Assembly: GCA_951406725.2 (NCBI GenBank)
Contig: OX597814.1
Location: forward strand, 6,758,001 to 6,822,000
Direction: 5' to 3'
Origin: Octopus vulgaris
Taxonomy: Eukaryota
Length of the DNA stretch: 64,000 nt
The notes under the pieces were generated by a model. It did not search any database, was not told the DNA's origin, and was given only the letters and a program-made list of their open reading frames with translations. The translations under genes and the position numbers were made by a program. Shown piece after piece: positions 12,698 to 26,029 of this stretch. Positions within the stretch are counted from its first letter, which is position 1. Each line of letters begins with the position of its first letter.

Positions 12698-13423
12698 AGG
12701 GCAGAACACCATAGAAAAGGAAACAAAATAGCTTAACTACTAATACTATGGTAAAGTATATGTAGCTTATTAACACCAATAGAGAAGATTTTTAGAAAAA
12801 GTATAATAATTCAAAATATATTAGACTGAAAATTTTGTATTTACTTATTTAGCTAGTATCAATAAAAGACTGATATCTGGTAACAGCTAAAGGAATATTT
12901 AAGTTATGGAACATTCATATTTTTTTAAAAATGACTAAGGGTTATTTTATAAGTTTCTTTTTTTTTTAATCTTTTTTTAAAAAAACTAAGGGTTATATTA
13001 TAGGTTTAAGAAGTTATTATTGTTACTCCCTACATGATATTTATAGTTTCTTAGTGCTATTTGTTTAGAAGGGATATTTATATAAGGGTCCTTATAGATA
13101 CTAAGATCAGGAGGGTAGAGCCATTTAAGAAAGAGATAAATCAAGTAATTTCTAAAGATCATTTCAAACAATATTGTCTTATTGTATATAAAGTTAAAAT
13201 TTAGGGTAATCAAGAAGATTATTAAGAATGAAATTTTAACAAAAAGATAAAACTTCTTTGAATATTTTGAGTAGATACCAAATTTTTGCAAAAAAATAGT
13301 TTAATATTTATTTACTTATTACTTATCTAAATATTAACTTATTATGCGGTTTCTATGGAGATTGATCAATTGGATTTAACTGGTATTTAATAAGGGAGCA
13401 ACTGAGGTTAAAGAACATGTCAA

Positions 13424-13842
13424 CTCTCTCTTTACTCTTTACTCTTTTACTTGTTTCAGTCATTTGACTGCGGCCATGCTGGAGCACCGCCTTTAGTTGA
13501 ACAAATCGACCCCGGGACTTATTCTTTGTAAGCCCAGTACTTATTCTATCATTCTCTTTTGCCGAACCGCTAAGTGACGGGGATGTAAACACACCAGCAT
13601 CAGTTGTCAAGCAATGCTAGGGGGACAAACACAGACACACAAACATATACACACACACTTATATATATACATATATACGACAGGCTTCTTTCAGTTTCCG
13701 TCTACCAAATCCACTCACAAGGCATTGGTCGGCCTGAGGCAATAGCAGAAGACACTTGCCCAAGTTGCCACGCAGTGGGACTGAACCCGGAACCATGTGG
13801 TTGGTTAGCAAGCTACTTACCACACAGCCACTCCTGCGCCTA
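13424..13842 (-). mobile_element. SINE family C
   Basis: Full-length copy. Confidence 0.9.
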
Positions 13843-13968
13843 TATACTGATTTAATTAAATTGAACTAATTTTTAAGTTGTGGAGATACCAGTATTACCT
13901 TATATAAGCTGAGTACGAATTAATAGGGGTACAAAGATTAGATATATTTAAGGCTATTATCTATTATA

Positions 13969-13985
13969 AAATAATAATAATAATG

Positions 13986-14040
<55 letters not shown>

Positions 14041-14182
14041 TAATAATAATGATAATAATAATCATCATCATCATCATCATTTAGCGTCCGCTTTCCATGC
14101 TAGCATGGGTTGGACGGTTCAACTGGGGTCTGTGAAGCTGGAAGGCTTCGTCAAATAATAATAATAATGATAATAATAATAA
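13969..14182. repeat. (AAT)n microsatellite containing a short family A fragment (14061-14153, minus)
   Basis: AAT runs on both sides of catcatcat...ttagcgtccgctttccatgctagc. Confidence 0.85.
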
Positions 14183-14737
14183 AATGATCATAGAAAAGGA
14201 ATTAAAACAGCTTAATCACTAAAAACCATAATAAAATATCCGTACCTTATAAACTTCAATAGCAAGTAATTATAGAAAATGTATAATAATTTAAGTATTA
14301 TGAACTAAAAATTGTTAATTAACTTATTTAGCTTATTATAATCAGGACTGAAACCTGGTATTGGTTAAAAGAATAATTGTTGTTAAAAGGACAAGCTAAC
14401 CATATACTAATATTAAATTAAGAGGTATAATATAGATTTTAAAAGTTATTTGTGTTAATCCATAAATGATATTACAATTTCTTAGGGGTACTTAATTAGA
14501 AGGGCTGCTTGTATAAAGCCAATATAAATACCAAAATTAAGAGGACAGAACACTTTAAGAAAGGGATAAAAAACTTAGCTACTGAAACTATTTTAAACAA
14601 TATGTCATTATTGTATAAAGTTAAAATTTAGTGTTATCAGGAAGATTTATCATTGAGGTGAGAGAACAAAATTTACTATAAATTAGTTAAATTATAATCT
14701 AAGCAGTTTAATTTTAAGTTGTGAAGATACCCGTATT

Positions 14738-15306
14738 CATCATCATCATCATCATTTAACGTCCGTTTTCCATGCTAGCATGGGTTGGACGGTTCGACCG
14801 GGGATCTGGGAAGCCAGAAGGCTGCACCAGGCTCCAGTCTTATCTGGCAGTGTTTCTACAGCTGGATGCCCTTCCTAACGCCAACCACTCCGTGAGTGTA
14901 GTGGGTGCTTTTACGTGCCACCTGCACAGGTGCCAGGCGAGGCTGGCAACGGCCACGGTCGGATTGGTGTATTTTATGTGCCACCGGCACGGAAGCCAGA
15001 CGAGGCGGTGCTGGCATCGGCCACAAGTCGGATGGTGCTTTTTACGTACCACCAGACCAGGGATCCTGGCTGGTTCAATTCGATTTCGATTTCGATTTCG
15101 ATTTCGCTTGCCCCAACATGTCTTCGCAAGCAAGGGGGTTGGCATGGGTGCCTGTTGTACGGTCAGATTGGTGTATTTTACGTGCCACCGGCACAGAAGC
15201 CAGTGGAGGCGGCGCTGGCATCGGCCACGAGTCGGATAGTGCTTTTTACGTACCACCAGACCAGGGATCCTGGCTGGTTCAATTCGATTTTGACTTCGAT
15301 TTCGAT
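14738..15306 (-). mobile_element. RTE 3'-end retrocopy (family A) with internal ~200 bp duplication
   Basis: Family A tail; block gattggtgtattt...accagaccagggatcctggctggttcaattcgattt occurs twice. Confidence 0.88.
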
Positions 15307-15747
15307 TTGTATTGTTTTTTATAAGCTAAGTATGCATTTATAGGGGTACAAAAATTTAGGTTTGTCTAAAGGCAATTATAAAGTATTAAAATGATCAGGT
15401 AGGGTAGAAACACAAAAGAAAAGGATATGAAATAGCTTAATCACTAAAATCATGATGAAGTACATATACAACTGAGTAACTTCAATAGAGAAGATTTATA
15501 GAAAATATGCAATAATTCAAGTATTTAAAACTAAAAATTGCTTATTCACTTAATTAGCCTGTGTCTATAATCATCAATATCCAGTATTAACGAAAGGAAA
15601 AATTAATGCTGTAGGGCATGCTACCTATGCACTGATTTTCAACTAAGAAGTACATTATAGGTTTTAAAACCCAAGATCAATAAAGTGCTACTTTCTAAAA
15701 TATTTGAAGGTACGGGTGGTACTATGTACACATGATACCCTAAGGAC

Positions 15748-16110
15748 TTATTGATTATTAATCAGGTTGCCATTATGCTTAAAAATTTCATATGTTTCCA
15801 AAGAGCAAAGCTCACACCCATAACAGCTATTTCTATAAGGCTGAGCTTTTCTTATTATTTCCAATTTGAGGCTAAACCCAATTCCACTTTCTTTCAATTC
15901 CCAAATCTTACTGGATAATGATGTACAATTCGCCTTATGTTTAAGTTTAAAGGATGACACATGATTGTATATACACTGTTTCAAGTTAATCAAACAACCG
16001 AAGTAAATATAATTATTAGTTGTAGTTATTATTGTACATTTATATACTACGTTCTGGGTAAGACATTGGCCTAATAACAGACATTGGGATTTAACTCTAC
16101 AATTGCAACT
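15748..16110 (-). mobile_element. Penelope-like element GIY-YIG endonuclease remnant
   Basis: CNCRVKSQCLLLGQCLTQNVVYKC...YIYFG...YNHVSSF...TSLSSKIWELK...PY...CELCSLE matches the PLE endonuclease pattern (CNC, C..G.CL, VVY, YIG-like, C.LC). Confidence 0.88.
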
Positions 16111-16426
16111 AGGAAAATTATTATTATTAATATTATTATTATTAAGATTTAAATTATTATTTTTATTGTTAATATTTTCGCTATTAATAATTATATTATC
16201 AAGTATGTTATGTTCCTGTCTGTTATTTTCTAACTCCACTTCAATCGTATTATCATATAAAATCACCTCTGCATCATCAGGCATACAAGTAGTTTCCATG
16301 CCTGTATATGTACTGGAACTACAATTCCTACTGTTTTTATTAGAAGTGCCACCACTATTCCTTCTATTCACCCCATCATCATCAATACTACTATTTTCAA
16401 TTTGGGGGTTTAAGTTATAGTTGACA

Positions 16427-16430
16427 GTAC

Positions 16431-16461
<31 letters not shown>

Positions 16462-16514
16462 ATAATTATTATTATTGCTATTGTTATTATTGTTATAATT
16501 ATTATTATTGTTAA

Positions 16515-16560
<46 letters not shown>

Positions 16561-16580
16561 AATAATAATATTGATAATAA
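16427..16580. repeat. (ATT)n microsatellite
   Basis: Direct observation. Confidence 0.95.
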
Positions 16581-16795
16581 TAGTATTCCTGTTGTATGTG
16601 TCTTTATTGGGGAGAGTAGAGTATGAGATTCTGTCTTACATGAAAATATTCTATTATATCTATGGGAAGTCAGGAAGAGAGAGGAGTAAAATGAAAACAG
16701 TAAATAAATGTTAGTGGAGGGTGGAGTATAAAAAGGAAATGGAAAAGGGTGAAAGAGGAAAACATAAAGAAACCACAAAGTAAAAGAGATATCTT

Positions 16796-16935
16796 AAACA
16801 AAAGCATTCAGAGAGCGCAAACCTCCACCAAGGCAACACCAACGTCCTCTCAACAATTAGCCTGAGATGATTTTTAAAATGAGAATATCTGAAATAAACT
16901 CAATTGCTCTCACAAATGAGAATACTAAAAATGAA
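16796..16935. mobile_element. Possible Helentron-associated non-autonomous element end
   Basis: aaacaaaagcattcagagagcgcaaacctccaccaaggc resembles termini I recall from such elements; interrupted by a family A copy. Confidence 0.35.
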
Positions 16936-17300
16936 TCATCATCATCATCATCATCGTTTAATGTTCGCTTTCCATGCTAGCATGGATTGGACGGTTCAAC
17001 TGGGGTCTGTGAAGCCGGAAGGCTGCATCAGGCCCAGTCAGATCTGGCAGTGTTTCTACGGCTGGATGCCCTTCCTAACACCAACCACTCTGTGAATGTA
17101 GAGGGTGCTTTTTATGTGCCACCTGCACAGGTGCCAGACGGAGCTGGCAAACGGCCACAAACGGATGGTGCTTTTACGTGCCACCGGCATGGGGGCCAGG
17201 CGAGGCTGGCAACGGACACGAACGGATGGTGCTTTTACGTGCCACCAGCATGGAGGCCAGAGGGGGCGGCACCGGCAACGGCCACGATCGGATGGTTTGC
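16936..17300 (-). mobile_element. RTE 3'-end retrocopy (family A) with three tandem modules
   Basis: Family A tail plus repeated gtgcttttacgtgccacc.gca units. Confidence 0.88.
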
Positions 17301-18284
17301 TTAACCACAGCTGCAATTTCTACTGATGTTGATCGACCTCAATTTTGGTTCTGCTTTGAGATGTAGGAAGATTAGCGAGAGAACTTCTGGAGTGGGATAC
17401 TGTCATTTGTAGCTTAAGAACCTGCTGCAGAATTTATGTTTTTTATAATTGAGAATAACTTTGTTTGATTATGCAGCCACAGCATTGTTAAGACTTGTGA
17501 AGTGCAGGGAAAGCATTTGTTATAAGAAATCTGTCATTTATATAAATGTATATGTATGTGTGTGGGTGTGTGTATGTATGCATGAGGATGTGTGTGTGTG
17601 TGTGCATATGTTTCTGTCATTCATTTTCAATATTCTGTGCGAAAACATCCAGCCAAGGGGTAAAAATTAACCTTTCTTTGGAAAGAGGCAAGGGTTGGCA
17701 TCAGTAAGGGCATCTGACTTGGAAAATCTGCTCCAGTAAAGTCTGTCCTGACCCAGGCAAGTAGAGAAAAGTGAATGCTAATATGAAGAAAATATATCAT
17801 CCTCATTTTTACGTCTGCTTTCCATGCTGGCATGGGTTGGAAGATTTTATAGGATCTGAGACAACTTGGAGGACTGCATCATGTACCAATATCTGTTTTG
17901 GCATAGTTTTTACAGTGACGCCTTTTCTAACACCAACCACGTCTCAGAGTATATTGGATCCTTTTCTTCATGGCACTAGCATTAATGAAGGTTGTTTAGT
18001 AACCTACAAGACCAAAATGAACCCTATAATAGAGAGAAAGTAAAAAAAAAGAGGGATAAATATTCTGCTTGATGTGATGAAGTGTGGGTAATGTAAAATG
18101 AAAGGAACCAATTCACAGTTGAGATTGGGTAGAGAGAGTAACAGAGAAGAGGAACAGACATTAGTTGGGGAGAGTATATGGCATAAAACCAGAGTTAGTG
18201 TCAGACTCTATTAAGAAAAATAGGGGTTAAAGTGAAAAAGGGGTAATGGTATCAGGGTTGGCCATCATCAGGGGAAATGAGAAG

Positions 18285-18663
18285 CAACCAAGACCTTTGG
18301 AGATATGCTGTCCTTGAGAAGATCTGGGAAGCCAAGGGAGATCGTAGTCATGGCCAATGCTAGTGTCACACAACTGGTCCTTTTAAAAGCACCCTTAATT
18401 TGTTGGTCAATATGTCATGCTTGTGAAAACCTGTTGAACCGAGTGAAATCGTATTTGTGGCCTGTGCCAGTGCCACTTGACTAGCACCCATGACACTGGC
18501 ATGTAAAACCCACCCACTAAACCCTTGGAGTGGTTGGCATTAAGAAGGGTATCCAGCTGTAGAAACCTTGCCAAATGAAATTGGAGCCTGGTGTAGCCTC
18601 CCGGCTTGCTAGTCCTCAGTCAAGCCATCCAACCCATGCCAGCATGGACAGCAGACGTTAAAC

Positions 18664-18702
<39 letters not shown>
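18285..18702 (+). mobile_element. RTE LINE 3' end including the last ORF codons
   Basis: gacctttggagatatgctgtccttgagaag (DLWRYAVLEK), homologous to 43080-43115 minus, is continuous with the family A UTR and (GAT)n tail. Confidence 0.85.
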
Positions 18703-18703
<1 letters not shown>

Positions 18704-18715
18704 CACACATAAACA

Positions 18716-18870
18716 ATGGGCTTCTGTCAGTTTCCACCTACCAAATTTACTTGCAAGGCTTTGGTCAACCCCCTGAGGCTATAGTAGGTGCCATGCAGTG
18801 GATTTGAACCTGGAGTCATGTGGTCCAGAAGCAAACTTCTTACCACAGCCATGACCCGTACCTGTGCAGG
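18716..18870 (-). mobile_element. Degraded SINE family C 5' half
   Basis: gggcttctgtcagtttccacctaccaaat...cttcttaccacagccat. Confidence 0.7.
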
Positions 18871-21735
18871 TGAGTAAATCTTTAACAATTGGTTAAAAAA
18901 ACTCGTTTTGGTTGTGGTTTGCAACATTTATTTATGTCCTCCCAGCTAAACTGTGCCACCAATGTGGCCAGTCCTACATTGTGACTCTCAGCACTGAAAT
19001 ATGTTGCTGCCATGTAGAAAAACATAAGTGTTTGTGACACAATGTAATCAGTGTTCCATATGTGACCTCCACACCAGAGATCATCAGAAGCTATGAGGTT
19101 TAAGAAAATATCTCATATCTACTGTTTGTGAAGACTACAACAAGACAATTCTATGATTTTCCCATCAAGTCATTTCTTAGATCAAGATTTTGAGTATCGC
19201 AAGAGGAGAGAATGCCTATTTGATTGAACCTAGAAAATATTGGATGTTTTTAATGATCTGACGACAGCATGTTTAAAGTAGTCGAGGTGTAGAGATAAAT
19301 GTTTTATCTTATGTAAGGGATTTTATGACTAATCTGCTGTCATAACACACAGAGTTTATTGCTGTACATAAAGATTATTGAGAACACTGCAAAGAAATAG
19401 TGATAACATACACTTTGATCAAATATACAATCATACACAAACATACACACACATATATATGTATATGTGTATATATATATAAATGTGTGTGTACATACAC
19501 ATACATGTATATGCACCTATACTAAAATTTACTGCATGCATGCACACACACACATACACACACATGCATATTTTTACAGCAGACACACACACACACATAC
19601 AGAGGCATGTAAAGAATACCAACACAACTATTTACACTGGTACTTTGCACTTCATATACACATGTACGTAGACTTCAAAAAACAAAAAAAAAAGGTGTTA
19701 TTTATAGATTTTTTTGATATAAAGCCAAAATAGCTGTGTATTTCAATGGAATGTAAATCAGTACAATGGTCAGAAAGAGAAAGAGAAAACAACAACAAAA
19801 AACCATAAAGGCAAACAACAACAACAACAACAACGACAATAAATGGTAAAGAAAAGAACAAAAGAGCAAAAAGTTGAGGCAAGTCTGATGAAGCAGTGGT
19901 GAGCAACAAAGATAAATGCAATTCCAATAAATTGGCCGGCAGAGAAGAATGTTTTTTGCTTTTGTTTTGCTTTAATGATGAGATAAAACAGTGAAGGTTT
20001 CCTGTGAAAAGACTATTGAATGTAAACTGGGTAAATAAACTAATTCTGGTTGTGTTTGGAACCATGGTAACTCAGTAAGTGTTCATTAGTGATAGTTGGA
20101 GGGCTATCAAACTGCTACATCAATAATCACATTCATTACTGACAAAATTCACAGGGTGCAGGAAAAAATAACAGATTCACCACTCTTGATAAATTGTTCA
20201 ACATAAAATGCATGATGTGTACCAGTCCAAACCATGATGGTAACTGGCAAAAAAAGGGAATGATAAAGCATTAGCTACATGAAGACACTATCACCACCTA
20301 CCTAACTTCACTAAAATATAACCAAGATTCCACCACACTATTTAATTCTAGATCTGAAACTTTTAACAAATGCAAGCATATGGCCAAATGTCTTTTTCCA
20401 AACTGGAAGACTTCACTCTCTCTGAATTGAGTAGCTATCTCACAGGCTTAAGCTTCCTCTCTGTTATATTATTTTATTGTACAATGGATAATTATGGTTT
20501 CTACAGACAAAGGGAATGGATATCTTGGATTTCTTACTTTTCCTTTCCTTCTTCTCATTCTACTTTTTGCACCAGCCTTCTTTGCATTTTACTTCCGTTT
20601 TCTTTCTCATGTTCCCTCATAGGCCAGCACCCTGGTTTTTAAATATGCTCATTGGTATGCACTGAACCCGAAAGATTGCTAGGAGATGCATGGTATGTTG
20701 TGTGAATCTGCTGAAATACTATGTATCTACAGTATGGAAATAGTAGCATTTAAAAAAATTGTATGACATCTCCCTCTCTATTATTGATCCTCTCTCAGCA
20801 CCTCCACCTTCTTCAAACCCATGGACTCCCACCCCTCACACACCAAATAACCCATCTCCCCACTCCCAATTCCTCCATCTCTGACGTCTGTGTGCCTGTA
20901 ACTAGGATTCTGAGACTCAGTCTCAATACCTGGCCCTCTTGTTTACACATTGTGAGTACCCTTCCACCCTTGTCCAGGCTACCCTTACCAATGCCCACCC
21001 AGTCGATTGCATCACAACCCTCTCTCCTTCCCCACACCAGTCTCCCAGCTGCATCCCTTTCCCCTATTTTTCTACCCCTCCACTACCTCTTCGTTGGAAG
21101 ATCTCATGGGCCTTCTGTCATCTCCAATTAGATCCCACCACCCTCCCTGTTTTTTCCAACCCACCTTTGCCCCCCTTCAAATGCACTTACAACCTACAAA
21201 TTAGCCACTAATATTATTTATAATTTTCACTTTTACCATTTATGGAATCAGCGTAGGACTTCAACAGAAATCTTATAAGCTGACAAGGCAAGTTCCTTAA
21301 GATAATGCTTCTATAGCTATTGAGTTGTTTTGACTCTTATTTCTAGCAATACTGGGGCTTTGTTCACTTTAGTGACATATATATTTCTCCCTTTAGGTTG
21401 TAAATATTGCGAATTAGCCACCAATATTATTTATAAATGTGTGTGTGTGTGTGTGTGTGTGAGAAGAGTGATGAGTCTCAGACTTTTTTTTGCCACCTGT
21501 ACAACAGTTCTTTTTGTTTCTACTTAATTCCCAGGAAACAATTCTTGTTTCCATTTTCTAACATCTTCATCAACATATATTCAAGATGAAGAAAAGCCAG
21601 TTGACATTCTCTACATTTTACAAGAGTGAGAAATATTCAGATCTTTACAGTTTGGTAGGAATGAAAATAAAATCTGTAAATGTCATTTAGCGATTTCTTT
21701 CTACGTATTACAAAGGTGTTTCACATTTTCCAATG

Positions 21736-22666
21736 TACATATACATAACATACATACATATATATACATAACATATATACATGCATACATACATATATAC
21801 ATAACATTAATACATATATATACATAACATATATACATGCATACATACATATATACATAACATACATACATACATCATCATCATCATCATCATCATCATC
21901 ATTGTTTAATGTCTGCTTTCCATGCTAGCATGGGTTGGACGATTTGACTGAGGGCCGGAGAACCAGATGGCTACACCAGGCTCCAATCTTGATCTGGCAG
22001 AGTTTCTACAGCTGGATGCCCTTCCTAACGCCAACCACTCCGAGAGTGGAGTGGGTGCTTTTACGTGCCAGTCAGGCAGTACTGGCAATGACCTCGCTCG
22101 AATCTTTTTACACATGCCACCAGCACAGGTGCCAGTAAGGCGACGTTGGTAACGATCATACATACATACATACATACATACATACATAACATACATACAT
22201 ACATACATAACATACATACATACATGCATACATACATACATACATACATACATACATACATAACATACATACATACATACATAACATGCATACATACATA
22301 CATACATACATACATACATACATACATACATACATACATACATACATACATACATACATACATACATACATACATACATACATACATACATACATACATA
22401 CATACATACATACATACATACATAACATACATACATACATACATAACATACATACATACATACATACATACATACATACATACATACATACATACATACA
22501 TACATAACATACATACATACATGCATACATACATACATACATAACATACATACATACATACATACATACATACATACATACATACATACATACATACATA
22601 CATACATACATACATACATACATACATACATACATACATACATACATACATACATACATACATACA

Positions 22667-22700
<34 letters not shown>

Positions 22701-22911
22701 CATAACAAACATACATATATACATAACATACATAACATACATACATACATACATACATATATACATACATACATACATACATATATACATAACAAACATA
22801 CATATATACATAACATACATAACATACATACATACATACATACATATATACACAACAAACATACATACATACATACATACATACATACATACATACATAC
22901 ATACATACATA

Positions 22912-22944
<33 letters not shown>

Positions 22945-23260
22945 CATACATAACATACATACATACATACATACATATATACATACATAACATACATACA
23001 TACATACATACATAACATACATACATACATACATACATACATACATACATACATACTCACGCACACACATACATACATACATACATACATACATAATACA
23101 TACATACATAACATACATAAATACATACATAACATACTTACATACATACATACATACATACATGCATGCATGCATACATACATATATATATATATAATAT
23201 AAATATATATGCACACATATATACACATATACACTTATATACATATACATACATAATTAT
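21736..23260. repeat. Very long (CATA)n microsatellite split by a family A insertion
   Basis: About 1.1 kb CATA array from 22157 plus a shorter part at 21736-21874; explains the 329-442 aa MYVC ORFs. Confidence 0.97.
21875..22156 (-). mobile_element. RTE 3'-end retrocopy (family A)
   Basis: (cat)n plus family A body inside the CATA array. Confidence 0.88.
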
Positions 23261-23308
23261 GCATGTATATATATGTGTGTGTGTGTGTGTGTATGTATAT
23301 GTATAAAT

Positions 23309-23466
23309 GATGTGGCTGTGTGGTAAGAAGCTTGCTACTCTACCACATGGTTCCAGGTTCAGTCCCACTATGTGGCACCTTGAGCAAGTGTCTTCTACTA
23401 TAGGCTTGGGTCAACCAAAGCCTTGTGAATGGATTTGGTAGACGGAAACTGAAAGAAGCCCGTCAC
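23309..23466 (+). mobile_element. SINE family C 5' half
   Basis: gtggctgtgtggtaag...gacggaaactgaaagaagcccgtc. Confidence 0.85.
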
Positions 23467-23484
23467 ATAAATATATATATATAT

Positions 23485-23700
23485 ATCATTATCATCATCA
23501 TCATTTAACGTCTGCTTTCCATGCTGGCATGGGTTGCATGGTTTGATTGAGGACAGGTGAGCCAGAGGCTCAATATGGTCTGGCAAAGTTTCTACAGCTG
23601 GATGCCCTTCCTAATGAGAACCACTCTGAGAGTGTAGTGGGTGCTTTTTACATATCATTGGCATGAGGGCCAGTCTGGCGGTTCTGGCACAACAATGCTC
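23485..23700 (-). mobile_element. RTE 3'-end retrocopy (family A)
   Basis: Family A motifs. Confidence 0.82.
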
Positions 23701-23723
23701 ATGCTCAATATATATATATATAT

Positions 23724-23779
<56 letters not shown>

Positions 23780-23781
<2 letters not shown>

Positions 23782-24276
23782 AAGTAATAAAGTTAATGTC
23801 TGGTCATTGAATGACCAATGGATTCACATCCACGAAGGCTGTAGCTTTGCAGATGACCCATCAGACTCTAGTCCAAAGACAAATTTAACTCTTCGCCTCT
23901 CAGAAGAGGTAAGTTGTTAAGGTCAATGGTGAAAAGGTCATTTGAGAATAAATGGTCTGGGATAGTGAGGGCGGGTTAGCTCTCGTAGACCAGGTATTTG
24001 GAGATGGGGAATAAGGGCTCTGTCCCTTGGCTTGTTAATGGATCATAAAGACTCTTCTAGGCTTTAGTCAGTGAATGGGGAATGACATGTTTGCAGTAGG
24101 TTGCATTTGAAATGGATGCATGCTGTGAAGATTTCACAGCAACTGTTCAGTGACCCAGGTCTCAAGGAGTCTTTAAGTATTCTAGCTTGCTCAGCTATGC
24201 AGAGCTTGCAGTGTTTGCTCCCTTTGATGTAGGGGCCTGGCTGTTCTAAGATCATCCACTTGATATTGCATGTCAA
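23780..24276 (-). mobile_element. Penelope-like element: endonuclease C-terminus and putative 3' UTR
   Basis: IKWMILEQPGPYIKGSKHCKLCIAEQARIL...LNSCCEIFTACIH fits the PLE pattern W.I....PY....K.C.LC..E...IL...LN...E....C.H. Confidence 0.8.
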
Positions 24277-25040
24277 GTTTTACTCGTCAATATCAAAAGG
24301 GTTGCTGATGAAACACTTTCCTTTGCTAAGGACTTCACAGATATTAGCAATAGAGATATAGATGTTATCATGCATGCCAGGAAGACAATAAAGATTTGTT
24401 GTAGGTCAAGCATACTGACCCCGAGGGTTATTATGATGTGACTATGGGAGCCTGTGACAGTGCTGACATAGGTGATCTAATTGGACTTTACACCCTGGAC
24501 ACCTTAGCGAAGGAATTCCATTTGGTCCTCTTCAGTCTCTACAGAGATGATGCTCTAGCTGTCTGTAGAGGAGTCAATGGGAATACACTTAATAGGCTTA
24601 GAAAGGAACTGATTAGCACCCTAGGCTCTGTGGGACTCAAAAGTACTATCAAGATGAATCTCACCACTGTAAACTTCCTAGATGTCACTCTTGACTTGTT
24701 ACACATAGGCCCTACTGCAAGCCAAGTGAGAAGCTGTCCTATATCAGCACAGCTTCCTGCCACCCCCTTATCATGGTCAAGAACCTAGTGAAGGGCTGTT
24801 GAATCTATCCTCTTGTTAAGATATCTTAGGTGCCACCACCCCCTACTCCAATGATCTCCTACATGCCAGGCCCTCGCACCCACAAAAGGAAGCACCACCA
24901 AAGCATGGCTTGGTTTTCCTCACCCTGCTCACTCAACATCAAGACTTGTGTGGGAAGGATATTCCTCAGGTTAATAGACAAACACTTCATGCAGACGCAC
25001 AGATACATTTATTCAACAGGTACAACCTAAGATCATGTTG
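24277..25040 (+). mobile_element. Penelope-like element reverse transcriptase remnant (frameshifted)
   Basis: DVTMGACDSADIGDLIGLY...SLYRDDAL...VNFLDVTLDL, then WFSSPCSLNIKTCVGRIFLRLIDKHF; these are diagnostic PLE RT and linker motifs. Confidence 0.9.
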
Positions 25041-26029
25041 TGTAGCCAGCTGGAGACGATGTCTCCTGGGGCTAATTTACAGCAACATTCGTCCTAAACC
25101 AGGACTGCCATGTTATGTTGGCAAACAGTCCTTTCTCCAGGAATAAGTTTGTTGCAGCAGAGGAGTACACTGCCACCCTGCATTATATAAGGGTGGGTAG
25201 GAATAATTGGGATGGAACTGGATAGAGATAAAGATGAAGGTGATATGGTGGCCGAGTATACCGTCAAGGTACAAGAAGAGAATGCAGAAGCAGAAATCAA
25301 GAAGGCCCCCGCCGATGGGTTAAGTTTTGGTAACGTGTTGGAGGAGTGAGAAATGGTTAGAGACAGGGGTGGAGTGGGGGTGAATAATGTAGTGAATGAT
25401 GAACGGGGGGGGAGGGTCGGGGGGGATGGTTGATGGTGAATACGAGTTGGAGGAAGAGGATAAGAGTAAAGGGAGAATGTCAATAGAAAAGTTTCAGGGA
25501 GAAGGGGGTGATGGCTGGTAGCAGAGAAAGGGTGAAGGGCACCATGGTAATAATGTAACTGTAGGATGAGAGTAAGGATGAGAGAGATAAAGAGACGGTA
25601 AGAGGGGGAGAGTTGCATGAGTGTGAGGAGAAAGCGAGAGGGGGATGGAGAGAGGAGAGAGAGGAAGAGAGAGTTTTATAGAGATGATGCCAATAACCAG
25701 AGGAAAAGAAAAGTGAACGTGGTGGTGGTGGGGGGGGGGCAGGGGAGGCAGATATGGGGGGGGGGGCAGTGTTAAGAGTGGTTCATAGGTTTCAATAGGA
25801 TGTAACACACACACATACACGCACATATATGCATGCACACACATGGACGCACGCACACACAGGCACATACACATGCACACACACACACACACACGTGCGT
25901 AGGTAGATTGCTAGAATAAAAAGCAGGAACTCATAAATTTCCCATAAACAGTTCATAATTTAATTTTGCTCAGCAACTGTTTTATTTAATTACTGTGGAG
26001 ATATATTTTTTGATGTCTATTACATCAGT

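Larger units (their letters stand above)
11702..15680. repeat. Old diverged tandem repeat, ~0.9 kb unit, about three copies, interrupted by SINE/LINE insertions
   Basis: Recurring markers: ttaaa.tttag.gt at ~11875/13194/14621; taagct.agta.gaatt at ~12181/13905/15322; aaa.agcttaa..actaa at ~12727/14205/15430. Confidence 0.7.

Noticed and set aside
21906-23250. 329-442 aa ORFs
   Set aside because: Translations of (CATA)n, which lacks stops on the minus strand.
23821-23915. Possible hammerhead cores in the PLE UTR (minus)
   Set aside because: The cores deviate (CTGATGG, CAAAG) and no consistent stems could be drawn.
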